NCBI GenBank assembly: GCA_011042225.1
Contig: DQXT01000033.1
Location: 1 to 50,714, forward strand
DNA from: Deltaproteobacteria bacterium
Lineage (GTDB): Bacteria > Desulfobacterota > Dissulfuribacteria > Dissulfuribacterales > UBA3076
DNA length: 50,714 nucleotides
Direction: 5' to 3'
The notes under the pieces are model-generated. The model saw nothing but the letters and a program-made list of their open reading frames with translations. It was not told the origin of the DNA and did not search any database. Shown here piece by piece: positions 1 to 9,223 of this stretch (positions are counted from its first letter, which is position 1; each line of letters opens with the position of its first letter). Made by a program: the position numbers and the translations under genes.

Positions 1-74
1 GCCGGAAAAGGGGGACGTTGGTTCTAAAGCATTTTGACAGGAGCGAAATTCTTCTTATACTGTATACTGGGACC

Positions 75-277
75 ATGCCAAGACAACCACGCCTGGATAC
101 GCCTGGAGCCCTTCACCATGTGATGGCCAGAGGCATTGAAAGAAAAAGAATCTCAAGAACAAATTTGACAAAGAGGATTTCCTCAAACGGCTGGCCGAAC
201 TGTGTGATACCGAAAGCCTGGCCGTTTATGCATGGATCCTCATGCCAAATCATGCATACCTTCTTGTGAGGACCGGT
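75..277 (+). pseudogene. REP-associated tyrosine (HUH/Y1, RAYT-type) transposase, 5' fragment, frameshifted and truncated
   Basis: From ATG75 it reads [26 protein letters not shown]. After a 1-nt frameshift near 152 it continues [41 protein letters not shown]. This matches the RAYT N-terminus, but the HUH motif reads HAY and the sequence stops at 277. Confidence 0.85.
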
Positions 278-433
278 AGAAAGGTATTCGCCGCAGATCT
301 CCGCAAGGCGTCCCCATGCTACTATGCGATGCCATTCGGTCTCTTCCTGCCATTCTCCATCCCGTTTTACCGGGGTGTTGGTGGCGAGGTTGAGATTGAC
401 AACCGCCGTTCCGCTTTGGGTATGACGAACTTC
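272..433 (-). pseudogene. ssb: single-stranded DNA-binding protein internal fragment
   Basis: Within ORF 113..589, [19 protein letters not shown]...[26 protein letters not shown] is the SSB OB-fold N-half. The start and the C-terminal half are missing. Confidence 0.85.
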
Positions 434-493
434 GTTTTTCCCGGGCACCCGGTAAAGACCTCTTGAGCTTCGTCCCGCACAGGACCACACTGT

Positions 494-555
494 GGTTAGA
501 AATAGGTTAGAAAAAATGAAAAAGGTTACAGAATAGACTCTATAACCTTTTGATT
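494..555. promoter_or_regulatory. att-like arm region 3' of the tRNA: GGTTAGAAA direct repeat, hairpin and IHF consensus site
   Basis: GGTTAGAAA at 494-502 and 505-513. Inverted repeat AAAAGGTTACAGA / TCTATAACCTTTT at about 520-551. The reverse complement of 543-555 (AATCAAAAGGTTA) fits the IHF consensus WATCAANNNNTTR. Confidence 0.5.
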
Positions 556-559
556 TTAT

Positions 560-636
560 TGGTCCGCCCAGCAGGACTCGAACCTGCAACCTGCGGATTA
601 GAAGTCCGCTGCTCTATCCAGTTGAGCCATGGGCGG
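560..636 (-). tRNA. tRNA-Arg (anticodon TCT)
   Basis: The minus strand reads CCGCCCATGGCTCAACTGGATAGAGCAGCGGACTTCTAATCCGCAGGTTGCAGGTTCGAGTCCTGCTGGGCGGACCA. It has a 7-bp acceptor stem, D loop, CT-TCT-AA anticodon loop, GTTCGA T loop and encoded CCA. Confidence 0.97.
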
Positions 637-753
637 AAACTGAATAACCGATTTGAATCCGTGTATAATCTCTTATAATATCGTTGTAAAGTGACTCCAT
701 CCGTAACTCTTTATATTTTTAATCAACTCTTGCACTCCTGAATCAGTGCACCA

Positions 754-1449
754 CTAAAGATGTTTTAATACCTCTGACAACCGATTTACCTTGATCTGCA
801 ATTCATTCAGTCCGGCATGATTTTGTATCACATAATCAGCCTTTGCAGCCTTTACTTCCTGAGAAATCTGAGTAGCTATCCATTTAGAGGCCATGTCACG
901 GGATATCTTCCTGCGTTTGATCAGGCGCTCCATACAAAGCGAATCAGGCGCCAGTACTGCAACTATATAGTCAAAAAGTTTTTGCCAGCCTGCTTCAAAG
1001 AGTAAAGGCACTTCAACTATTACGATATTCTTTCCTGAAGCGGCCAAATGTTGAAGCATTCCATCCATTCTTTTAAATACATAGGGATGAACTATATTTT
1101 CAACAAGCTTCCGTGCGCTGGCATCGTCCAATATGATGTTCAGCAACCGGTGCCTGCCAAGGACCTTATTGTCATCTAAAATTTCTTTTCCAAAGGTTTT
1201 GACGAGCTCCGCTAAAGCCGGTTCCCCAGGTACGGTAACCTCTTTGGCAAGCATGTCTGTATCAATGACCGGGAAATTATGCCCTGACAACATCCTTCCC
1301 GCGGTACTCTTCCCCGAGGCTATCCCCCCGGTAAGGCCTATGACTTTGTCGGGCCAGTTAAGGGGTCTTTTGCAAAATTCATCTTTTTTAGACAAAATTT
1401 TTTGGTGAAATGATATCGAAGTCATGTCAAGGGTCCATTGGAAAAGCAA
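754..1449 (-). CDS. coaE: dephospho-CoA kinase (true start probably downstream of 1449)
   Basis: IGLTGGIASGKST P-loop, VIDTD, LVENIVHPYV, VEVPLLFE and ADYVIQN motifs. Confidence 0.93.
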   Translation of the reverse strand: MLFQWTLDMTSISFHQKILSKKDEFCKRPLNWPDKVIGLTGGIASGKSTAGRMLSGHNFPVIDTDMLAKEVTVPGEPALAELVKTFGKEILDDNKVLGRHRLLNIILDDASARKLVENIVHPYVFKRMDGMLQHLAASGKNIVIVEVPLLFEAGWQKLFDYIVAVLAPDSLCMERLIKRRKISRDMASKWIATQISQEVKAAKADYVIQNHAGLNELQIKVNRLSEVLKHL

Positions 1450-1619
1450 TGGATGAAAAGTCAGTAGAATACATTTGTTATTATCAATAATACAGTAAAT
1501 ATAAAAAATGGCGAAACACTAAAAGATCTGAACCGGCCCCCTTTTCTCATTGCAGAGATCCTGACTTTCTCCGCTTGAAAAGGCCTTAATCTTGCCTGAA
1601 AGGTACTGTTTATTACAGT

Positions 1620-2036
1620 TTACTCCTTGCCTTCTTCTCTGGAAGGTGCTACAAGCAGAGTCAGACCCCTGACTTCTTCGACCCGAACGGCCTCTCCCTT
1701 TTCCATGGGTGGATTACCGTTCTTCAGCTCGGCCTTCCACAGCTCCCCATGGATTCGAATGTAGCCAGACGGTGCAAGCCGCTCCCTGGCGGTCCCCTGC
1801 CTGCCAACCATCGAATGTGCATCCCCATGTGAATTCCATTCATGGGCCCGCCGGACAAAGGGAAACAGGATTACGTCTTTAGCCACTGAGATAGCTACAA
1901 GACCATATATGGACCATACTGGAAGGTCGAACCATTTGTGTATCTGGATCAGTATTAAGATCAGCAGGGCCGTACCGGGTACTTGAAGAATTATATATCT
2001 CACCAGGACTCGAACTGTCCAACCCGTCTCTTTCAT
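1620..2036 (-). CDS. NfeD-family (short type) membrane protein
   Basis: Two N-terminal hydrophobic segments followed by the NfeD C-terminal OB fold (MVGRQGTARERLAPSGYIRIHGELWKA...GEAVRVEEVRGLTLLV). Confidence 0.85.
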   Translation of the reverse strand: MKETGWTVRVLVRYIILQVPGTALLILILIQIHKWFDLPVWSIYGLVAISVAKDVILFPFVRRAHEWNSHGDAHSMVGRQGTARERLAPSGYIRIHGELWKAELKNGNPPMEKGEAVRVEEVRGLTLLVAPSREEGKE

Positions 2037-2426
2037 GTCCCTTGTTACTACCTCGGCAACTCCGGAGTTAAGGATCGATTCCCTTAGAGTCTTCAGCCTT
2101 TCTCTATCTCATATTAATATTAAGGTATTCAGACAACAACGTTTTCAGAGAAACAAAAAAACAAACCGGCATACATATTTACAAAACTTGGAGACAATGG
2201 ATTCAACTGCTCCCAGAACACCCCCGGAATAACATCTTAGTGAAATCTAAAAAACTCTTTTAATCAACGCCCGAATAACTCTCCATTCTTAGTGAAAATC
2301 TGATTAAGAAGAAATTGAGACATGTTCAAGGCTATACAAAAATAACGAAGTCTGCCAAGACCCCTTTGGGGATTGACAAATTCACCTATAGAGAGCAGAA
2401 TCATCGTGGTTATAGGTAATCTGGAC

Positions 2427-4292
2427 ATGAGCAGACAGATAAAATACAAATTTGTGGACCAGCTTAATGAGAAAGTCATGCTGGGAGACGGCGCCTTTGG
2501 GACGTATCTCTTCGAAAAAGGTGTAGACCTCTCAAAAAATACCGATCTGCTTAACCTCAGCGATCCGGACCTGGTCTATTCTATTCACGAGGAATACATC
2601 AGGGCTGGAAGCGAACTCATTGAGACCAATACATTTGGGGCCAATCGTTTTAAAATGATCAAGTTCGGCCGGGAGCACAAGATTCGTGAAATTAACCTGA
2701 AGGGGGCTGAACTGGCCTGCAGGGCGGCGGGCAATGATATATTTGTAGGCGGATCCATTGGCCCGACAGGTGTAAAGTTTCCGCTTGAGAACGATAAAGT
2801 TGATTCAAGTGCGGTTCAGGAGGCCTTTTTTGAACAGATGACCGCCCTGCTGGAAGGCGGAGTTGATCTGTTCATTATTGAGACCTTTACTTATCTGGAT
2901 GAGATACTTTTGGCTATTGAAACGGCAAAGAAGGTTGCACCCGATATTCCGATTGTAGCTCAAATGATCTACCCGTTCCGTGGGCGAACAGCCATCGGCC
3001 TGGATGCCCTTGATTGTGGCAGGGCGACAGCCGCCGCAGGGGCCACAGTCGTTGGCACGAATTGCGGACGGGGAGTCAAATCTATGCTCTCAGCGGTTGA
3101 GCGGCTGTCCCTACTTAAGGATACGGTCCTCCTCTCAGCGTTTCCCAATGCCGGATTACCAGAAGTCATAGAACACCGCATGGTGTATTCCACACCGCCA
3201 AGCTATATGGCTGAAAAGGTGGCTGAAATGGTCAAGCTTGGGGTCCGGCTGATTGGCGGATGCTGCGGTACTACACCGGCCCATATCCATGAATTCAGAC
3301 AGCACCTTCACATCAAGAGACCCAAGGCCATAGGGGTTGCAGTCAGCGTGGAAAAGGCATCTGATCTGCCCGAAGACGGAAAGGACCTCACCGGCCGGGG
3401 CGGAATGATCGACGGCCTCAAACCCGACCGCATCCCTGTGCTTGTGGAAGTGGACCCTCCCAAGCATCTTGATGTAGAGGGAATTCTCACTGGAGCAAAA
3501 GCACTGGCCGGTGCCGGCGCTGATGCCATCACCCTTGCCGAACATCCCCTGGCCGTTCTTCGAACGGACAATCTATCCCTTGCGCACAGAATTCGGGTAG
3601 AGACAGGTATACAGACGGTACTACATCTGACCTGCAGAGATCGGAACGTATTAGGTCTTCAGGCACAGATTATGGGGGCTCATGTCCTTGGACTGGAGGC
3701 CATATTGGCCATTACCGGGGATCCGGCCACCTCAACGGATCAGCCTGGTGTCAGTGGAGTATTTGATGTCCGTTCCTTTGGCCTGATTCAAATGATAAGT
3801 CAGTTCAACCGTGGCCTGAATATGGCAGGGGTATCAATGAAAGAGCGCACTAATTTCTCTATTGGCGCTGCCTTCAGCTATCGTCCTGCAAATCCTGATC
3901 TACAGATCAGCAGACTGGCACGAAAGGCCGATCTGGGCGCGCATTTTGTCATGACCCAGCCTATTTTTGATCGAGATGCCGTAGAGGCCATGATGAATAG
4001 TACGCAACACCTTAACCTCTTGATTTTCACAGGTATTTTTCCTCTGATATCCGCCAGGAACGCGGATTTCCTTCACAACGAAATCCCAGGCATCTCAATT
4101 CCCACAGAGATTCGAAAACACCTATGGAAGTATGAAAAGGTCGAAGACCAGCGCAAGGCGGCCCTAGACCTGGCCAGAAAACTGATTGCCGATATCATTT
4201 CATTCGTTGACGGACTCTATTTGATCAGTCCCCTCAATAAGTGGGAAATTCCATTAACGTTATTGCAGGAACTAAGGGCCGCCGGACATTGA
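2427..4292 (+). CDS. bifunctional homocysteine S-methyltransferase / 5,10-methylenetetrahydrofolate reductase (YitJ type)
   Basis: N-terminal Hcy-MT domain (LGDGAFGT, IETNTFGAN, GTNC, IGGCCGTTPAHI) and C-terminal MTHFR domain (VEVDPP, HLTCRDRN, AITGDP, MTQPIFD, LHNEIPGI). ATG2427 preferred over TTG2373. Confidence 0.92.
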   Translation: MSRQIKYKFVDQLNEKVMLGDGAFGTYLFEKGVDLSKNTDLLNLSDPDLVYSIHEEYIRAGSELIETNTFGANRFKMIKFGREHKIREINLKGAELACRAAGNDIFVGGSIGPTGVKFPLENDKVDSSAVQEAFFEQMTALLEGGVDLFIIETFTYLDEILLAIETAKKVAPDIPIVAQMIYPFRGRTAIGLDALDCGRATAAAGATVVGTNCGRGVKSMLSAVERLSLLKDTVLLSAFPNAGLPEVIEHRMVYSTPPSYMAEKVAEMVKLGVRLIGGCCGTTPAHIHEFRQHLHIKRPKAIGVAVSVEKASDLPEDGKDLTGRGGMIDGLKPDRIPVLVEVDPPKHLDVEGILTGAKALAGAGADAITLAEHPLAVLRTDNLSLAHRIRVETGIQTVLHLTCRDRNVLGLQAQIMGAHVLGLEAILAITGDPATSTDQPGVSGVFDVRSFGLIQMISQFNRGLNMAGVSMKERTNFSIGAAFSYRPANPDLQISRLARKADLGAHFVMTQPIFDRDAVEAMMNSTQHLNLLIFTGIFPLISARNADFLHNEIPGISIPTEIRKHLWKYEKVEDQRKAALDLARKLIADIISFVDGLYLISPLNKWEIPLTLLQELRAAGH

Positions 4293-4608
4293 TGCAAGGC
4301 CGTTGTTCACTATTCTCTTTATTGCTAAAGCTACTGCAAACGCTAAGATAAAAGCATCTTCACGTCTATTTGAAATTCAATTGATAATTACGACCTGTTA
4401 GCAAAAGACCACTAACTGATAATATCTACTGCATTCAACTGCAGCGGCGCCAGGCACCTATTAAAATTGAAATAGCCCCTAAAATAAGTTATTATAAACA
4501 ATAAATTGCGTTTATACCGGCTAATATTGTTAATATGTAGGTTGGTGGCTTATTTTGTTAAGTCCCGCTCCCAAAAAAAATTATGTATCACCTTTTTCGA
4601 AGTCCGAG

Positions 4609-6036
4609 ATGTCATCTTTAAAATCACTGGTCAAACTGACTGTTAGGTGCAAAAATCTTTTTGAATCCGGAGCAGGAATAGTAGTAGCAGTTTCAGGTGG
4701 ACCGGATTCTGTCTGTTTGCTGCATATTCTTTATTTATTGAGCAGCGAGTGGGATCTGGCCCTTGAAGTAGCCCACTTTGAGCACGGCCTCAGGGGCTCT
4801 GAATCCAGAGACGATGCCTGTTTTGTCAAAAGGCTGTCTCATAATTTTGGGCTCGGTTTTTCTATTGAACACGGCAATGTCAAAGCCTTTGCACGCAGGG
4901 AAGGCATAGGAATTCAGGAGGCTGCTCGAATCCTCAGATACGAATTTCTGGAACGCGTGCGCATTAAAACCAAGAGCGCATATATAGCCACGGCACATAC
5001 TGCCGACGACCAGGCAGAAGAGGTGCTGATGCGCTTGATCAGAGGTACAGGTCTCTCAGGACTCAGTGGAATTCCATGGATAAGAGATAACTGCATAGTC
5101 CGTCCGCTTCTAGGTGTAACCAAGCAGCAGATACTGGACCACCTTAAAGTCTATGATATACCATATGTAATAGATCGATCTAATAACAGCAGGAAATATC
5201 TGCGAAACCGGATTCGCAAAGACCTTGTGCCGCTTTTGACTAAGAAATTCAACCCTGCCATTGTGCGTACTATCAACCGTATGACAGAAATGCTGGCAGA
5301 AGATCATCACCTGTTGACAGAGATGGCGGAAAAGGCATATCAGAATTCATTGTCATTGCCTTCCCGGGAAGGAAAACTGTGTTTCAGTATAAAAAAAATA
5401 AAAAAATATCCCGAACCGATTCGCCGCAGGATTTACAGAATGGCCCTTAGGGATTTGAGACTATTCAGCGGCAGGGTAAGGGCCGGCCATCTTCTTGGTA
5501 TAGATAAGTTGGTTAACAGTCTTAAAGACCCTTGCGCCTCGTTCAGGCTGCCCGGAGGTGCTATGGCATTTAGAAGATATGAAGATCTGTTTATTTCCTC
5601 TTCCAGCCCTGAAAAACAAATTCCGGATTCAAATGACACCGGTTTTTCAGTGTGCGTTACCGGACATGGACATTGGCCTACCCCCAATGGAAAGGGATAC
5701 GTGGAGATTTTATTATCAGATGTTACAAGTGACTTTAGATCCAGAGACCGAAAGGAGTATTTCAAGCCCCTGTGGTTAAATCCTCAGGCTGTTGAGTTTC
5801 CTCTTGATCTCAGGACCAGAAGGCCCGGTGAAATTTTCTGGCCCCTGGGCTCTCCGTCACCTTTTAAACTCAAAAAATTTTTAATATCAAGCAAAATCCC
5901 GCGCGATATCAGAGACTCTTTGCCAATACTCGCCAGAGGCAAAGAAGTAGTAGCGATAGCAGGAGTTGAAATCTCCCATCCCTACAGGCTCCTTCAAACG
6001 AGCAGAAAGGCGCTTTCGCTTCAGTGGATAATCTAA
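4609..6036 (+). CDS. tilS: tRNA(Ile)-lysidine synthetase
   Basis: VAVSGGPDS, HFEHGLRG, AARILRY, TAHTADDQAE, RPLL, RNRIR and a C-terminal TilS domain. Start ATG4609 (ORF open from 4555). Confidence 0.95.
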   Translation: MSSLKSLVKLTVRCKNLFESGAGIVVAVSGGPDSVCLLHILYLLSSEWDLALEVAHFEHGLRGSESRDDACFVKRLSHNFGLGFSIEHGNVKAFARREGIGIQEAARILRYEFLERVRIKTKSAYIATAHTADDQAEEVLMRLIRGTGLSGLSGIPWIRDNCIVRPLLGVTKQQILDHLKVYDIPYVIDRSNNSRKYLRNRIRKDLVPLLTKKFNPAIVRTINRMTEMLAEDHHLLTEMAEKAYQNSLSLPSREGKLCFSIKKIKKYPEPIRRRIYRMALRDLRLFSGRVRAGHLLGIDKLVNSLKDPCASFRLPGGAMAFRRYEDLFISSSSPEKQIPDSNDTGFSVCVTGHGHWPTPNGKGYVEILLSDVTSDFRSRDRKEYFKPLWLNPQAVEFPLDLRTRRPGEIFWPLGSPSPFKLKKFLISSKIPRDIRDSLPILARGKEVVAIAGVEISHPYRLLQTSRKALSLQWII

Positions 6037-6331
6037 AACAGGCTTCATTTCATTCACCTGTTTACACTTTTTTAAAAAAGTGTGTATTATTGAGTTAAAT
6101 GCCTATATCAGAGCTGTAAATTTGAGACTCGAAACTTGATAACGCGGCTACTGTTTTGTATTTTCCCAATTTCAAGTTTCAAATTCCACTGCCAAAATTC
6201 AAGCTCGACAAAGTATAAATAACGTTTGGTTCGTCGCAAAGTACGCCAAATAATTATTGTATTCAATTCGTTATTTTGATTTATTATATGTTCTGATTTA
6301 TGTTAAAAAAATATTATTTGGAGGATCACTC

Positions 6332-8155
6332 TTGAACACCTTTTACAGGAACTTGAGCCTGTGGCTTGTTATCGGCCTTGTTATGGTCTTTATATTCAAT
6401 CTCTTTAACGAGCCCCAGAAATCAATACAAGAAATCCCTTACAGCGGTTTTCTGGAACATGTTGAAACAGGTGGGGTGACCGCTGTTGTTATTCAGGGAG
6501 ACAGGCTTGACGGTGTATTTCAGGACCAGACGCCTTTTTTTACTGTAATACCTGCTCAGGACCCCGATATGATGCATTTGTTAAAAGAAAAAGGTGTTAC
6601 CATCCAGGTGAAACCCATTGAGGATACACCATGGTATCTTACATTGCTGATTTCGTGGTTTCCCATGTTGCTCCTCATAGGCGTATGGATTTTCTTCATG
6701 AGACAGATGCAGACAGGAGGCGGTCGTGCCCTGTCCTTTGGCCGTAGCAAGGCAAAGCTTGTCACTGAAGATACTACAAAGGTTACCTTTAAAGATGTGG
6801 CAGGTATAGAAGAGGCCAAGGAGGAACTGGAGGAGATAATCGACTTTTTAAAAGATCCCAAAAAGTTCACGCGTCTCGGCGGCAGAATCCCAAAAGGTGT
6901 CTTGCTTATCGGGTCACCCGGTACGGGTAAAACGCTTCTGGCCAGGGCCATAGCCGGAGAAGCGGGTGTGCCGTTTTTCACTATCAGCGGATCCGACTTT
7001 GTGGAGATGTTTGTCGGTGTCGGCGCTTCCAGAGTAAGAGACCTCTTTGTCCAGGCAAAGAAAAATGCGCCATGCATTATTTTCATTGATGAATTAGATG
7101 CAGTAGGCCGTCATAGAGGTGCCGGACTCGGAGGCGGACATGATGAAAGGGAACAGACGTTAAATCAGCTCCTGGTGGAAATGGACGGTTTTGAGAGCAC
7201 TGAAGGCGTCATTTTGGTTGCGGCTACCAACAGACCTGATGTATTGGATCCGGCCCTGTTAAGACCAGGGCGCTTCGATCGACAAGTAATTGTCCCTGTA
7301 CCCGATCTCAGAGGACGTGAAAAAATATTGGAGGTACACGTAAATAATATCCCGCTTGGACCCGATGTTGAACTGTCATTAATAGCCAGGGGTACACCTG
7401 GATTCTCCGGTGCCGATCTTGAAAATCTTGTAAACGAGGCAGCCCTCCTTGCGGCCAGAGACAACAAAGAGACCGTTAGCATGAATGATTTCGAAAAGGC
7501 CAAAGACAAGGTGCTTATGGGCACCGAGAGAAAAAGCCTCATTATCTCGGATGAGGAAAAGCGCATAACTGCTTATCATGAAGCAGGACATACGTTGGTG
7601 GCAAAGATCCTCCCCGGCACTGATCCAATCCACAAGGTAACCATCATACCAAGGGGTCGTGCGCTTGGGCTCACCCAGCAGCTTCCGGAAGATGAACGTC
7701 ATAGCTATTCGAGGTCATATCTTCTTAACAGCCTTGCAATCCTCATGGGAGGCAGGGTAGCAGAAGAGCTGATAATGAATGAATTTACCACCGGGGCGGG
7801 AAATGATATTGAAAAGGCCTCACACCTGGCAAGAAAGATGGTCTGTGAGTGGGGCATGAGTGAGGGGCTTGGCCCGATTGCATTCGGCAGGAAGGAAGAA
7901 CACCCGTTTCTCGGCAGGGACTTTAGTCAGGTTAAAGACTATGGCGAGGAAACAGCCCAAAGAATAGATCAAGAGATCCTGAAAATAGTGCATGATTCAT
8001 ACAAACGAGCCAAGTCTTTGATTCAGGAAAATATCGATTGTCTTCACGGTATTGCTAATGCCTTATTAGAGAAAGAGTCCCTTGATGCAGCCGGTATTGA
8101 ACAAATAATGAGTAACTGCCGAAAAGATACTCAGGTTCAAATGGCTGGTATCTGA
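6332..8155 (+). CDS. ftsH: ATP-dependent zinc metalloprotease FtsH
   Basis: Two TM segments, Walker A GSPGTGKT, Walker B IIFIDE, SRH region RPGRFDR and HEAGH Zn motif. TTG6332 follows a GGAGG SD. Confidence 0.98.
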   Translation: MNTFYRNLSLWLVIGLVMVFIFNLFNEPQKSIQEIPYSGFLEHVETGGVTAVVIQGDRLDGVFQDQTPFFTVIPAQDPDMMHLLKEKGVTIQVKPIEDTPWYLTLLISWFPMLLLIGVWIFFMRQMQTGGGRALSFGRSKAKLVTEDTTKVTFKDVAGIEEAKEELEEIIDFLKDPKKFTRLGGRIPKGVLLIGSPGTGKTLLARAIAGEAGVPFFTISGSDFVEMFVGVGASRVRDLFVQAKKNAPCIIFIDELDAVGRHRGAGLGGGHDEREQTLNQLLVEMDGFESTEGVILVAATNRPDVLDPALLRPGRFDRQVIVPVPDLRGREKILEVHVNNIPLGPDVELSLIARGTPGFSGADLENLVNEAALLAARDNKETVSMNDFEKAKDKVLMGTERKSLIISDEEKRITAYHEAGHTLVAKILPGTDPIHKVTIIPRGRALGLTQQLPEDERHSYSRSYLLNSLAILMGGRVAEELIMNEFTTGAGNDIEKASHLARKMVCEWGMSEGLGPIAFGRKEEHPFLGRDFSQVKDYGEETAQRIDQEILKIVHDSYKRAKSLIQENIDCLHGIANALLEKESLDAAGIEQIMSNCRKDTQVQMAGI

Positions 8156-8211
8156 TACAAAAAAATGGGCGGTTATTTACCCCTTTATAAATAGTATGAA
8201 CGGTTACGAGC

Positions 8212-9063
8212 ATGGCTCTTCCCTGTTTGACCATAAAAGAGCATATATTCCACTGGGGTTTTCGCACATATATTATGGGGGTCATAAACGTAACGCCCGA
8301 TTCATTTTCAGATGGTGGAAAATTCTGCTCTCCAGAAAGTGTTCAGCGACAGGCTGTCTCGCTGGTTTCCGCTGGAGCCGACATACTTGACATAGGAGGA
8401 GAATCTACTCGGCCTTTCTCAGAACCTGTTACTCTGGAAGAAGAATTGCGTCGGGTGATACCTGCCATAAGGGAAATACGAAAAATCAGTGATTGTCTGA
8501 TATCCGTAGATACTGTAAAGGCCGAAGTAGCCAAAGCCGCACTTTACGAGGGAGCTAATATTATCAATGATATCAGTGCATTGCGTTTTGATCCTCAAAT
8601 GGCCGATGTTATTTCCGCCCATGAAGCCACCGTTGTACTTATGCATATGAAAGGAAGCCCCAGGGATATGCAAGTGGATCCCTGTTATGAAGATGTGGTC
8701 GGGGAGGTCAGGGACTTTTTGGAAAAACGAATAACATGGGCCCATAGCAGGGGCATTCCCAAGGAAAAGATGCTTATTGACCCCGGCCTTGGATTTGGGA
8801 AAAGTTTTCAGGACAACTTGGTACTGATTAATCGGTTGCAGGAGTTTACCGACTTAGGAATACCGGTCATGGTGGGTGCGTCGCGAAAGGCCTTTCTTGG
8901 AGCGGTAACCGGAATAAAAGCGGCAAAAGAGCGAGATATTGCTACTCTGGGTGCGATTGCAGCATCAGCCATGAGGGGAGCGAATTTAGTGCGCGTACAC
9001 AATGTTGCCCTTACCAGACAGGTACTCCGGGTAGTTGACGCCATTTGCAGAGAGAGTCTTTAA
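8212..9063 (+). CDS. folP: dihydropteroate synthase
   Basis: MGVINVTPDSFSDGG, DIGGESTRP, IDPGLGFGK, SRK and VRVHNV. Confidence 0.97.
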   Translation: MALPCLTIKEHIFHWGFRTYIMGVINVTPDSFSDGGKFCSPESVQRQAVSLVSAGADILDIGGESTRPFSEPVTLEEELRRVIPAIREIRKISDCLISVDTVKAEVAKAALYEGANIINDISALRFDPQMADVISAHEATVVLMHMKGSPRDMQVDPCYEDVVGEVRDFLEKRITWAHSRGIPKEKMLIDPGLGFGKSFQDNLVLINRLQEFTDLGIPVMVGASRKAFLGAVTGIKAAKERDIATLGAIAASAMRGANLVRVHNVALTRQVLRVVDAICRESL

Positions 9064-9067
9064 TGAA

Positions 9068-9218
9068 TCCGCTGGGAATACTAGATTTGCGGTATTGCTT
9101 AAATCGTTCAGCAATTACAATGTCCGCTAACAAATACGTCTCATTCCTCAACAATTCCTCGTCTTGCACGCGGCTTTTTTTGAGCAAAATTCTGTTTCAG
9201 GACTCTTTACAGTGTAAC
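9068..9218. repeat. degenerate ~150-bp dispersed intergenic element, copy 1
   Basis: Colinear similarity with 27078-27228: GGTATTGCTT, CTTG, TTTTTGAG, TTT.AGG..C.TTT and TGTAA in the same order with similar spacing. Confidence 0.55.
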
Positions 9219-9223
9219 CTTTA

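Noticed and set aside
113-589. 158-aa minus-strand ORF as a real gene
   Set aside because: It starts inside the tRNA and is a chance read-through of non-coding DNA, the ssb fragment and the RAYT antisense strand.
2230-2427. SAM riboswitch or SahR-type operator upstream of the yitJ-type gene
   Set aside because: No SAM-I core sequence and no convincing palindrome is visible.
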